A DNA stretch of 56,140 nt, filler included, from Dimargaris cristalligena (GCA_003614675.1; 3 parts of 3 records of this genome joined end to end with filler, not necessarily neighbours in it); one strand, 5' to 3'; shown: positions 24,943 to 37,511, counted from the first letter of the whole stretch. Made by a program: numbers and translations. The notes: generated from the letters alone by a model not told the origin.

Positions 24943-27255
24943 GGCGAAGGGTGACATAGTGATTATATATTTAGTCAGTCTTATAAAATCAATTTTCCGC
25001 TATATAGTAGGACTGAACCACTTCCATATGTAATATATAATTATAGCAGCATCTTCAAAGTTTTGGGCGGTTTTTGAATCACTGACTCCAGAATAGCCCA
25101 ATCCATAAAATCAAGTCTACGCATAGCCACAGTCGAGCAGAGATCAGACTTTAGGTCATTTAGTGACCAGGCCTGATGGTGGCCACTTTGGAAACCCGGA
25201 ACAGAATATATCAGCAGGAGCTATATGAACATACCATTGAAGCTTTCCAGCTTTGAATCGTATTGGAGAGATCCACATTGATAGTATGAAGTTCGTAGCG
25301 GAATTAATAGAGGGCCTGGTACTTATTCTTCCACATATGTGGAGGAGGAATGGCGGGGTCGGATTAGAAGGATGTTTAAGCATTTTGCCTAATGCCATTT
25401 TGGCCAGTACTAAATTATGGTAATCTCTTAATCCGGAGGATAATGGTCAAGGAAGGGAAGGGGGTGGGGTACTCTATTAGTGAAATCCGCTTTGCCTCCA
25501 AGGGAATTAAGGCCCTCCTCCTCCTCCTCTAGTCCACCATTCTGATACCAGCCTTAATTCATCTCAACCAGTTTAACGTGTTTCCGTCTCCTCCTGGTAA
25601 GTCCTCTTTCCACTGCATACTTCATCCTAAATATTCCCACTATTAAATTGTGCCTTTCAATGCCCACCCTCCCCTATCCCCGCTTGCTATACTCAATAAA
25701 CCAATGGTAAGGACCGTCTGGCATAAACTGGCCGCTCGAATGACTCAGTCGCCTCGAAATCGTCTTCACCTTCCTAAATAGATATTTTTTATCCATTAGC
25801 TAACCCTACACTCAGAAAATTAAGATGTGTAGCCAATAAATATAAATCCAATTAGTACACAGCCGATAGCTTCATTTACATCTGATTTAGAAATAGGCCG
25901 GTTGAAAAAACTGCAACACTACACTATAGAATTCGATCCCCTCAAAGTAGAAATATATAATAAAATAAACTAAAAGGATTCGTGTGTGGAGGTCTGATGG
26001 GAAATGACTCTAATAGGGATAGCTGATTAAGGGGAAGGCATAGGTGGTCCAACTGTTTGGGGGGGGGGGTATGGGAGGTTTTCAAAGTCCTTTTAAGCAA
26101 CCATCCGAATGACAGTCGAGTCAGGAGAAGAGTAGTGAAATATATAAATAGGATAGGCGCCCGAACAGTGGGATTAGGACGATACGATCATGGGCATCTG
26201 GTAATGGGCACAGGCTGTTCTATATTTAAAAGCACAGTGCCTTGCCCGAAATTCCGTGTTTCCCTTGGGATCGCCTTGTGCCTAGCCCTCCAACACCATT
26301 AACAATCAGTGGGTTAGGGACTCTTTTGAATACTGCATAGGTGAATACTCCCTATTTTCCGCCTAAAATTGTTATTGTATATTCGGGCGTATTGCCCACC
26401 TATCCAACCAATATCATGTTTTAAAATTATACTTTACTTCCATATAATTAGATAAAATAAGCTGACATTTATAGGGCTGTTACGAAGAGATACGAGAGGG
26501 TGAATAATTCATCCAATTTACTTAACCAGCAAGTATTCATATCCTAGGGCAATAGCATATAAGGACGGTAACGACAATAAATATGGATATAGATTGAGGA
26601 CCGAAAACCAGCATTGATAAATGGAGCCTTGAAACGCTAAAATTACAAGAAAAAAAACTAATGTTCGTAGAGAGGATAGTTGCCAAGCCCCGATGAGACT
26701 CGGACATTACTATGCCGGGGCAACAGTGAAACAAGTGTGGATTGCGATACGGGGTGAACCCAGCCATACACCAGAAAAATGGGTTAAAATATAGATAAGA
26801 AATAATGAGGTAATGAAATTGCCATGACAGCCGATACATATTTGGGTTGAATAGCTATCCTGCTTCTTGAACAATGGTTGGTGAGCTTGGGGACCATGCG
26901 TAAATGGACACGTCAGTGATTAGAAGGAGCATGCAAATCATTTTAAATAGGAGCACAATAATGAATGGGGAGGGGAATAGGACGGCGGTGAAAACTTAAC
27001 ATAAATTGCGTAAGGGGTACTTAGGGGAATAAAACGGAAAAAGTGATAATAATAAAAAACAACTTGTCAACAATTACAACTGAGTGAGGCAGCAAGGCAT
27101 AGCGATATTTACATGCAGCCATACGTAGAGGACAGCGAAACCACATCTACGGGATAAATATGACCAATGTAACATGATTCAGGTACTGTCTTGTTTTTTG
27201 GTATTTTTTCTTGGAAATGAAATAAAACACAAAAACAAGGGAACAGCAAGAGGGG

Positions 27256-28605
27256 CTATTTTTTGAGTGTGTCTATCCAAGCGATGATATGGGGCCACGC
27301 AAAATAAATACCCAGACCAGCACCGACACAGAGCAGAGCAATGATAATGAAGATGACTAAAGGAGGGATACAACAGCATGAACAACAGCCACCGCAACAA
27401 CTGCAGCATGAACAGCAACCTCCACGGGTTTCATACGCGGCGTAGCGTTCGGGGCTCTTATCATAAGGTAGCGGAGGGGGTGGGGGCGAAGGGGGGATGC
27501 CGCCAGGGGCGGCCCCATTGTTGGGCGGAATAGCAATTCCCAGGTGACTTGACTGGGCCGAGACGGTTACACCGGGGGGAAGAGGGTTGGAAAGCATCGC
27601 ATTATGGGAAGAGGAGGAGGCTCCGCCTGATACGGTCACCCCTGCGGGAAGGGGGGAGTCGAGCGTGGCTAAGTTTGGGTTTTGTATCGAGTGGTTGCTA
27701 TAGTTGTTTAATTGGGAGTAGGGGCCACCGGGCCCGGGCCCAGGGGCAAAACGACCTTGGTTCGGGGGCTGGCGCGAGGGATGGGCCATGGGTGGGGTCT
27801 GGCCATATTGACTCACCGAGTCAGACGGGTAAATGGTCGATGTTTCGCTGGGCCGACGGTGGGTCAAGTCCGGACCTGGGCCATAGCTGGGGGCGCCACC
27901 GTAACCCATGGGTCCTGGCGGTGGTCCGGAGCGGGGGTGCGCCGAGGCTGGACTATGAGGACCCGGAGGGTGGTTAGCAAAAGGGCGAGTGAGGCCACCA
28001 GCCATGGGTGGGCGTGAGCCGCCAGGGCCTGGGGGCACATAATGTGAATGTTCAAATCTTGTCGGGGTACCTGCGCGACTACCGTGGCCGTGGGGGGAGT
28101 TATGCCCGCTGGATGGCAGGCGCTGAGAATACGGGTCAGCACCAGCCATCCGAGTACGAGTAGTAAGGTCGGCTAGTTCCATATGGCCCGGGGGAGGGTG
28201 TCCATGATCTCTTCCTTCCAAATACCGACGGCCAGCCTTTTCAGGGTCACCCCCGGTGGGGTTGGCAAACGTCGCAGAGTCCTGGTAGTAATCCGTCAAA
28301 ATATCGTCGGTGTTCACAGTGAGTCGGTTGTTGGGGCGGTGGGCTTGGTTCGCCAGTGCAGGCAGAGAGGTTTGGGAACCGTAAGGGGAGTGGTTGTTGG
28401 ACACGGGCGTTTGAGTTGAAGGGCCATATGGGTTAACAGGGGCCCTAGGTGCACCACCTGGGTTGTGGAGGCCATAAGAGTTCCGATTATACGAAGGGGG
28501 TCCACTGTTGCTAGGTGGGAAAGGCGGGCCAACGGGTGAATCTGACCGAGAGCCGTTGGGATAAGGACCAGGGCCGGAGCCGGGAGGACCATTATAGTGG
28601 GACAT
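27256..28605 (-). CDS. Uncharacterised Pro/Gly-rich protein with a Cys cluster and one C-terminal TM helix, 449 aa
   Basis: Long intronless ORF; disordered PGS-rich body, then CCSCCSCCGGCCSCCC, then PPLVIFIIIALLCVGAGLGIYFAW and a short tail ending KK. Confidence 0.8.
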   Translation of the reverse strand: MSHYNGPPGSGPGPYPNGSRSDSPVGPPFPPSNSGPPSYNRNSYGLHNPGGAPRAPVNPYGPSTQTPVSNNHSPYGSQTSLPALANQAHRPNNRLTVNTDDILTDYYQDSATFANPTGGDPEKAGRRYLEGRDHGHPPPGHMELADLTTRTRMAGADPYSQRLPSSGHNSPHGHGSRAGTPTRFEHSHYVPPGPGGSRPPMAGGLTRPFANHPPGPHSPASAHPRSGPPPGPMGYGGAPSYGPGPDLTHRRPSETSTIYPSDSVSQYGQTPPMAHPSRQPPNQGRFAPGPGPGGPYSQLNNYSNHSIQNPNLATLDSPLPAGVTVSGGASSSSHNAMLSNPLPPGVTVSAQSSHLGIAIPPNNGAAPGGIPPSPPPPPLPYDKSPERYAAYETRGGCCSCCSCCGGCCSCCCIPPLVIFIIIALLCVGAGLGIYFAWPHIIAWIDTLKK

Positions 28606-31600
28606 ACTAGTGTGCCTATAGATTGGTGTATGTCGGCTGTTGCGATTGCAGTGGATTCAGTCCAAAGAAGCTGGTGGTCTGGCTATCTCTCACAGGGCCA
28701 GTAGACGGATTAGAAATAGAGTCGTTCGAAATGAAATAACAAAGAATATGTTTTTTTAAAGAATAGAAATATAAAGAGCGCCAGGCTATTCAGCCACGCT
28801 TATTTGCGAGCCGGCTGGGATAAAGCGGTTTTTGCGGAAAGCCTCCAAAAATAGAGTACCCAGTGGGAAGCTCCTAAATAGACAACTGGCCAGGTATTCC
28901 AGCTAAATATAGATTGTCAGCTAAGTGGGTGTGGAATTAGAGGTGGACGGGGACAATAGGATAAGCGTTGCTTAAGAACACAATAGACGGTGGTAAAAGA
29001 CCTGTCTATAGTACGCCTAGGGCCACAATACGGAAAGATGGAAGTGGTGGCGGAGGTCGGATGAGGCAAAGTACGGGATGGACTTAAAATAGCCAAGGTG
29101 CTAATGAAGATTGGGAGGAAAGCAAACTAGGCCAGGGGCGAGGTGAGTAAATAGAATGGGAAAAGAGGGGGGGATAACAAAACAACCGAATTAAATAAAC
29201 CAGCCACACGGGTGGTAAAGACTTTAAAGGGAACGAAGCCGCAAGGTGGGGGGGAGGGGTGTATATAGGGAGCCCTCAAGCAAAGGATATAGTGGAGCGG
29301 AATCGAAAAAGTAGGGGCAGATAAAAACGGATTAGCCAGCGATGAGGAAAATGGGCCACACTAACGGATTGTTTGGGGGTGTGCACCACACCTACCTGTT
29401 CTACCTAATTACACAGGCAATGCAATTGGTGGGCAGAGGGGGAGCAGAAAGCAGGTGATAAGCAAAGGAGGAAGGGAGGATCCTAAGAGTATTGGCTATT
29501 GGTCAACCTTGTGAGCATAGATCCAAATTTGACTGGGGATCTTGGTGCTATACGAAGGACGGGTGTTGGTCTGGGCTCGATTGTTGTACGGGGTCTTCTA
29601 CGCAGTATATCACTCGTCGGATTGGGTGGCGTCCGTCAAATAGGGTGGTCGCCAATGCCGCTCGTGTGCGAAAACAGTGGATAGCCGACAAGCCTTACTC
29701 TAATACGGGGAGGAGAGGGAAACAGGGGCGGCACCTCAATAGGAGGAGGTACTTTTTTATTTTACACTATACAGCCGTCGTCAGTTTGGGTATAGCCTAC
29801 TTATAGTATCCAGCACACGCGGTAGAGAATATAATAGATTGTTCACAAGAATAGAACGATTGGGGAAAGGGACCGTCAAGTTGCCAAGGAGTCACTCCTC
29901 GGTATTTATACTCTGGAGTAGCATAGCATAGCAAGAGAAAGAGTAAAAGAGCATTGACTGACTCAATGCGCATATAACAGCCACTCCCTCCAGAAAGCGA
30001 ATGTTGCTGGCATAGTGGTTCACTACAATTAAGTAGTACGCCACTATGCCCTCAAGGTTCTACTTTAAACAGACTCTCCTTAATTTACAGCCAACCGACC
30101 GACCCCTCCCCCTCTCTTTCCCCCTGTTTCTTTCTCACAGCATTGGGAGTTAGGGCAATCGCTCGCATCATTTTCTTCGTTCATCCCTTTAGAATGTATT
30201 AGGCTATCCCTTGCCGCACATCCCTCGTCTACACTAACACTGCCTTCTGGGATTGCACTGGGTATACCTTTTAGAAAGAGAGGTAAAGGAGAGGTGCCAC
30301 ATCAGGGAAGGAAGCAGCCGACAGGGCCACGACGGGTGGATGTTACACAGCAAATCACTTAATTGGCCGATTGGGCTGAGCTGACCATTGGCGAAAAAAT
30401 CATGCGGTAGAGAAGCTACGGGGTTACCTCGACACACGCTCATCCACCAATGTTACCCTTCAGCCATCACTTGGGGGAATATGGATATACCACCTACTAT
30501 CGTTTGGCTTCGTTGGACCAGTCTACCCGCGGCCAAGTTGTACAGCCAAATGCGGTCCACAGTATAGGATGCGCTCGCTCTACAGTCGGAGTTGCAAATT
30601 CAAAAACCCACTCCGCTGCATTGATTAAACCACTCGGGTCCCAAGTAAAGTCTACATCAGTGAGGAGCGGGGGTCGAAGTGGTGGGGTGCATAAGTCAAC
30701 TTCAACATCTCCGCGTATTTCTCGAAATTCTCAACCACCTGCCATTATAGTACAGTGAAAAGCCATAAACTAGGCGCCTTCTACCCACCTCCCTGTGCTG
30801 CTTCCCGAACACTGGTAAGAATATTCTCTGGAGGAGGTCCCCCACTCTGCCATAAACTCACCGGTATAGAGCCCCTCCCTCATTCTTAATGGTCGGAAAA
30901 TCGTCCAGCCGTCCCCAAAATCTTTGAAACTTCGTCTATTCCGATAACCAATTGGAGTAACGAGTTGGGGGGAGGTCCCTGACCATATAGTCCTTCTCTC
31001 CGCTTTGACTAACCGCCCTCGGGGATCGACTGGCCAGAGGAATGCACCCTGTCAGTGCACTTTAATTTGATTAACGCTTCGTCGCTCATTTTTCTATGGA
31101 TGCATAGTTTTTTCCCGAAACTATCTTTACAGTACCCGCCCTAGTGCTAGTCGATATGATGGTCGGGGATACCAGCAGGATATTCCGACGTGGACATATG
31201 TAAGGGCGCATAGTAAGCCTGTCATAATAAAAGCCTTCCGTGGAAAACTTCCCGTTCATAAGAATACCCTCGGACATGGAAATCCGAAAAACCACCTACT
31301 AAATAGTAGACTAAAGGTCGATGATATCAACTATACCCCCTAGATTGATCAGACAGGCCCATCAGTACTATACAAAAGGGGTAATATCCTAAACATTTTT
31401 TCATTAATGGCACACATCGTAACAAAGTCACTGGGGGTACATATCGTCCCTAAAATACTACATCCATTCTCTTTTAAACACACTCATTTTCTCTTTATTG
31501 TTCTGCGTTCCCCAGAAACCCGACACTTAAATGTAGTCGGAGTTTGGATGGTTTTGGCCGACCCAAGCCATTCACAAACTATAGGAGTAACTGTTGGAAC

Positions 31601-33262
31601 TTAATCTTCCCCCCTCTGCGTCGATTGGATCGCTAATTTCGCAAATCCTGCCTACCAAGGTAAATAGGGTGCGCCTCTGTTGTAAACGAGATTGAGCGAG
31701 TGTAGGGTTATTCAGGAAGATAGCTTTATTATAATTAGCAGCCCCAATAGGGTATGAAGATTAATGTAGCGATTGTAGGAATTGAAAGTAAACGTATGGG
31801 AGTAATAGTCATCTGAGGACCCGTCTCTGGGTTGGCCAACTGTTCCTTTTTATACTGGTATAACTCAAGAACCATTTATGCGCATATAGCCTTCAGGATG
31901 AGTCGAGGGTAGTGGAGGAGAAGATACCATCGGAGGACCGGCTGGATGCCTGGCTATATGCACTGTCTGTTTGTCGCCGGGTACATCTGGCATCGCAATA
32001 TTAACACCTCCATAAACAAAATGGGCATGTGTTGCATCATTGAGCGGGTTGGAGGCGATGCCAAAAATTGCTAATCTTCCATCCCTTTCTTCACCCCTTT
32101 CGTTCTATTTCCTCCAATTCATTTAGAGAGTACCCAATATGGTTAAACGGCGGCGATGGTATCCGCCGATCACTTATTTTATTTGGTGAGTGACCTGGGA
32201 TTTCCTGGAGAGATAATAGATTGGCAAGCCGTACGAAGGGCTATTCCACTGCGACCTATTACATGTTAGAAATCCGGCAATTGCTGCGGGAATACTGGTT
32301 CTGAGACCTGTGTGGCCCTCAGCGGGACATCTGTATACTGGGCTCAAGGTTGGTGTGTACCCAATAAACCTCCACTGGATTAAACCCAAGCTCCCGCGTT
32401 ATATAGGAAATCCCCAAGCAGTTATATAGCCAATCCATATTAACAGGCAAGGCATTTCCAGGGGACTTTTTTTTCCCGATGGACGTGAAACTAAAGGTTC
32501 CGTTTCTTTGGTGACGGTAGATAATTCGTTAAGAACTACGAGAGCTTTGTCACATTCGGCGAGGAATACTTGAAGACTGCAAGTGATGACCCAAGTCTTG
32601 TGTCCCATGTGGTCAAATATAGCAGGCTCTCGAGTGCGACGGCCGGCCTAGAGAACTTAAAGCAGATATCGGCCCGGATTAAGTAGACCATGCTGAAGTA
32701 ACCGTACGAATGGCGCCAATGTGTCATTTCTCTTTGATAGTCATTTACTCATTTATTAGCAGGTACGTTAATGGTATATTTAAAAAGAAATGGCCTCGGG
32801 TAGCCCAGATAAGGAGTAGGAAGATCTTCGAAATTAAAAATATTAACGTAATCAAAGGCATACAGATTATCAATATTACCCTTATAGGAAGTCCTATACT
32901 ATTACTATCCCGACCATACATATATATTAGAAGCTAAGGTTGCATATTGCCATTCAAATATGAGCAGTGGATAGACGTTGTTTAAAAATAATACAGTGAT
33001 AGTGGGTCCAAACCGCCCAGTTGCTGGATGTGTAGATTAACTTGGCCAATTATGATCGACATAGTGAATAAATATGAGAGCTCTGGCCGGCTGACTTAAA
33101 AGTTCATGGCCAAAAATTATGTTCGATACGCTTAATGAACAGTCAGATACGAAAACATCCATTTACAATACAATGCCTAAACCTGTAAGTATCAACCCTT
33201 ATCCATGACGTTTATTTATTATGTCACAATATCCCAGCCCAAAGCAAGAAATGATGACCAGT

Positions 33263-34447
33263 TTAATCGCTCTCTAACCTACGTAAAAATAAACCAAATT
33301 CGTCATTAAAAACCCGAGTCGTGTGGGCTACATTCTTGATAATCGGCACAAGGCCAATTCGGGCTGTTTTCGAAACTAGTTTACCAATGACTTCGATTTC
33401 GCCACAATGATATCCTTGCTCGGTGGTGAATACATAGGAAAAAGCAGAGTGGAGCACATCATCCCAGTCGAGAATATATATGAGAGACGGGTGTCTCAAA
33501 TCGGAATCTTTGTCCTTGAAAAACCGGAATAGTTTTCTTACAAAATCGATGGGTTCAGTCATCCGAACTTCTCCTTTCATGGACTTCAGTGGTTGTTGAA
33601 CCCGTTCTATATATCTGTAATAGTTTGCAAAGGATCTGTAAAGCGTTTCTGAATTTGAATTGATATTGAGGTCAGGGATAGCACTCGAAAATGCAACTTC
33701 GGACAGGGTGCGACAGGAATCCATAGCCGCATCCAAAAGACGGCGTAACTCTTCTTCAGTTTTCGATTTTCGGCGAGTTTTTGCGTTTTTAGGCTGGTTG
33801 AGTTCCTCAAAGTGCCGGCGTTTATTTCCGGTTGGCATATCAGCTTGTTGTCCCGGCGGACCACTTTGGAGAGCGCTGGCATCTACATTTCCATCTATAC
33901 TATCCGATGTAGCAGATGTGTGGGTGTATTGCTGGTCTTCTAGCGTAGGGAAAGGAAGGGCACTGGCAGGATAATACATTGCTTGGAACTGGTTGTCCGG
34001 GAGGGTTAACTGAAGTTCAGCGGAGAGTTGGATGTAACCATTGAGACTGGTCAGCTGACCTTGACGAGAATGGGTTGTTGAACTTGTGAGATAGTCATCC
34101 GGCCACAGGTGTTCATTGTCATTGGGGCCGAAGTCCGTTCTTTGGCCACTAGTTTGGGGGTTGGGCACATATGACTGCGGTGCTTGGTTACCATCAAAGT
34201 CCAGGGTCGCATAGCCAGAATCAGGATGGATAGGCACTATGTCCGAGCTGCCCGCTGAAGCTGGTTGAGATTGTGGCAACAGGAAATTATTTTCTACTGG
34301 GTGAAAACTACTGGAGTAGTATTGAACAGCTTGTGCATGGCCCCCGGCTGGATTCATAGTGTTGTCACTAGTCGCTGTAGTGGGGTTGGAAATTGACGCA
34401 AGGTAGGCTCCCGCAAGAATAAACACAGTCAGGTTATTGATAGGCAT
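33263..34447 (-). CDS. Putative secreted protein of unknown family with bipartite NLS-like motif, 394 aa
   Basis: Signal-peptide-like MPINNLTVFILAGAYLASISNPTTA; KRRHFEELNQPKNAKTRRKSK; globular-looking C-terminal ~160 aa; TATATA box about 140 nt upstream; a decayed paralog nearby supports coding status. Confidence 0.8.
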   Translation of the reverse strand: MPINNLTVFILAGAYLASISNPTTATSDNTMNPAGGHAQAVQYYSSSFHPVENNFLLPQSQPASAGSSDIVPIHPDSGYATLDFDGNQAPQSYVPNPQTSGQRTDFGPNDNEHLWPDDYLTSSTTHSRQGQLTSLNGYIQLSAELQLTLPDNQFQAMYYPASALPFPTLEDQQYTHTSATSDSIDGNVDASALQSGPPGQQADMPTGNKRRHFEELNQPKNAKTRRKSKTEEELRRLLDAAMDSCRTLSEVAFSSAIPDLNINSNSETLYRSFANYYRYIERVQQPLKSMKGEVRMTEPIDFVRKLFRFFKDKDSDLRHPSLIYILDWDDVLHSAFSYVFTTEQGYHCGEIEVIGKLVSKTARIGLVPIIKNVAHTTRVFNDEFGLFLRRLESD

Positions 34448-36469
34448 GCTATCTACTGTGCGATATATGGACTATCAAAGATAATATAAATGGGACTTGG
34501 GTGTTCAATACACTAAAATAATAAAATGCTGAAATAAATTAGAGAAGGGCAGGAATGGGGAGAGGAGGGGGTGGAACTATCTTCTATATATTGAAGAAGT
34601 ACAAAGGGAAAATAATAAATCGTCCCAAATTCATAAGCAGCAGGCGTAGGTATAGCTAAAACGAATAGGCTGGTATTAATGAAGTATGTATGGTGCTATT
34701 TATTTAAATGGTGGGGAGAAGGACGGATAATGTATAATTTGTAATGGATTCAATATCGGGGTAGTTTTCCTAGCCATGGCAATAAGTTCATTGGTTGGCT
34801 AATTAGTCCCCTATTTCGCCTAAAGAGAGCTTGGGTTGAACTATTGGGAAGGGGGTTATTCACAAAGGCTCGAGTATATGTTGAATAATTGGATTATGAA
34901 AAATCTGGGAAAGCAATACAAAGAGTGAGTCCCAGCTTAGCTGTAAAATAAAACGGCCGTTGGATGCAACAGGGTGGACTGGTTAAACATTCATTTTTTA
35001 CCTGCTTTCCCGCAGACTACTCAATACGCCAACTATAGTATGGGGGAGCTCATGTTTCGAAAAGACGAGAGCCGCCCTGCTCATTAGGCTTGCTAAGAGT
35101 GTGTAGCAAGGCAGTATGCACTATAACCTATATAATGTATACCACTGTCGTATACCAAGGTGCCAATTTCAAAACATAATAATGAATAGATAGGAAATAT
35201 GAATCATTGACCATAAAATAAATTGTTTTTTTTCGGTTTTTTATATTTGAATTTACGATACTATTAACACTCTCTGCAATCAGCTTAAAATACAAGACCC
35301 CCCGCAGTTAAATTTCATCTAAATCGAAGATTACTGACCACCACTAACTTATCTTTATATCCATATCCAAATGCATGTCATAATCGAACCAAATTGTTCC
35401 ACTCCACATTTTGTAACGTACAGCACAACAGTGTATAAGCTTTTAGCCAAATTCAGATACCCATTAGTAGACGAGCGCCTATAGGTATTTATTGTCTTCA
35501 CTACACAACTGCTTGAGATATTTTTATATATTAGCACAAAGGCAGTGCACCTAGTGTTAGAAGTAATAAAGCCATATCAATAAAACTAGATGTAGAAGAA
35601 TAAATCAGCTAGAGGACAGCAAGTACCTCTAGGTGGTTAGTTTTATTGAATAGTATAGTCGGCATGGTGATCTAATGTAGTTAAAATGAATAGTCCCAGG
35701 ATGCCTGAATAGATCTAATTATTCAAAGCAGGTGAGAATCATATATCCAACAGAACATATTTTTCAACAAAAGTAAACCCATACTTGTATCAGGATGGTG
35801 CGTTCTGTGTGCAGTCTAGCCAATTCTTTCACACAATATTTAACAAGAAACCACAAAATAGGCATTTTAAAGGAAAAATTGCACATATTTGTGCTCTCCC
35901 ACTAATTTTTAATTAATACTTTCACTTATTACCAGCCGGCACCATATTCACCTCCGAAAATTGTTCCTTAGTACATGATCAATACACCTATGTTTACAAA
36001 CTAGGGGGCAATATTGCTGACCTTATGCTACGCTGAAAAGGAACCTGTAGATACCACTGATCTTCCCAAACCCAGTGTCGCTAAATAGAACCCTGGTAGT
36101 AGATGTTTAATGCAGCCTAGTTATAATCCACACAGATAACGGCACGGTTATTATTTTGCAATTATAAATATAGATATTGCTTATCGTAATGGTTCATCTT
36201 CTGTATAATATTATTACCCAAAAGAGCAGGATGGTGTATCGATCTCCAAATTGTTTAACTAAATATATAGTTGAATATCTGGTGGGCCTTTTTTAAGCCC
36301 AACTGTGGTTCATTTTTTTTAACATCATATTTTAATATATATAGCGGTTCCGTGCATAATCCACTATAAAAACATCACTGTGGCACTATATATGTAACTA
36401 AACCATCTTTCCACGAACCGACTATATATATATATACATCAATAACATATTTTATTGTCCGCAAAAGGT

Positions 36470-37279
36470 TTAAGAGGCCCTATGGCCCTCAATAGCCCTT
36501 TTAAATACCCCTTCCATCTCATCAGGAGTGCCAAAGATGGGCATGTTACTGAAGTGAACTAGATGTGTAAAAAGTGGAAGGGAAGCCTAAAGCCTATCAC
36601 ATAAATAACCATGCTTGCTTGTAAAGAATTAAGGAACTACAGTTTGGAGTTTGTCATTCCAATCAAATGAATAGATAAGAGAAGGAGACACAAGCTTAGA
36701 CTGGAGATTTTTTATAAAATTATTTAGTTTCTTATGAACTCCAGTGGGTATCCTGAAACTAGATTGTCCAGAATTGACAACCTGAATTTTAACTTGTCTC
36801 ATGGGACTCAAAACTGTATAGGCTTTTCATAATTTCTTTCACCACATTCCTGTGGATAGGGATGGAACTGTATCATGAAAACACCTTTTTGGAAAGTTCT
36901 GCACAGGTGTCTATACTTTCTTCTTTGGTTAAGGGAGGTGATTTATTGGATTTCCCAGTGATTGAATATGGGACCCAGGCTCTGATGTCTTAGTGTTTTT
37001 GATTACCTTTCTTCACATGAATTGGGCCTACTAATGGCCTTATGAAATACAGTTGCTCACTTGCTCTATCATTGTGTGTCCCCTGTTTATTGTTAAGAAA
37101 CACATAGTTAGATTCCCCAAGGCTGGTATAGAAAAGGGGGTTTGTAGAATAGTCCTGTGAGAGAATAATTTTGTCCCAGTGGTCTGGCTGGGTTCTGAAG
37201 ACCAAGTTCAGGATATTATTGGTACCTGTTGGTGAGTTCTGGTGGGTCACAGCCGACTCACCATCACCACCATAGATTA
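36470..37279 (-). pseudogene. Decayed paralog of the 33263-34447 secreted protein, 5' end interrupted by an LTR
   Basis: EESIDTCAELSKKVFS vs DAAMDSCRTLSEVAFS; KKLNNFIKNLQSKLVSPSLIYSFDWNDKL vs RKLFRFFKDKDSDLRHPSLIYILDWDDVL; FFTSKHGYLCD vs VFTTEQGYHCG. Several in-frame stops and at least one frameshift; almost no CpG. Confidence 0.8.
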
Positions 37280-37411
37280 TGTAAAGAACTGAAATCAAAT
37301 CCTTAAAAACTGAACTTTATTCAAAAAAATAGATAATAAGAAGGGAAAGATGATGATAGACTTGCTGTTCCAAGAGGTGGCAGCAAGGGGGAGTATTTAT
37401 ACTCAAAAGGG
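37280..37411 (-). mobile_element. 3' end of a retrotransposon LTR running into the contig end
   Basis: On the minus strand: TATAAATA, pyrimidine-rich tract, AATAAA, terminal ...TACA; near-identical terminus at 56087-56140 with different flanking DNA. Confidence 0.75.
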
Positions 37412-37511
37412 NNNNNNNNNNNNNNNNNNNNNNNNNNNNNNNNNNNNNNNNNNNNTTAATTAATTAANNNNNNNNNNNNNNNNNNNNNNNNNNNNNNNNN
37501 NNNNNNNNNNN
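37412..37511. other. Artificial contig spacer (44 N + TTAATTAATTAA + 44 N)
   Basis: Identical to 18664-18763. Confidence 0.97.
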
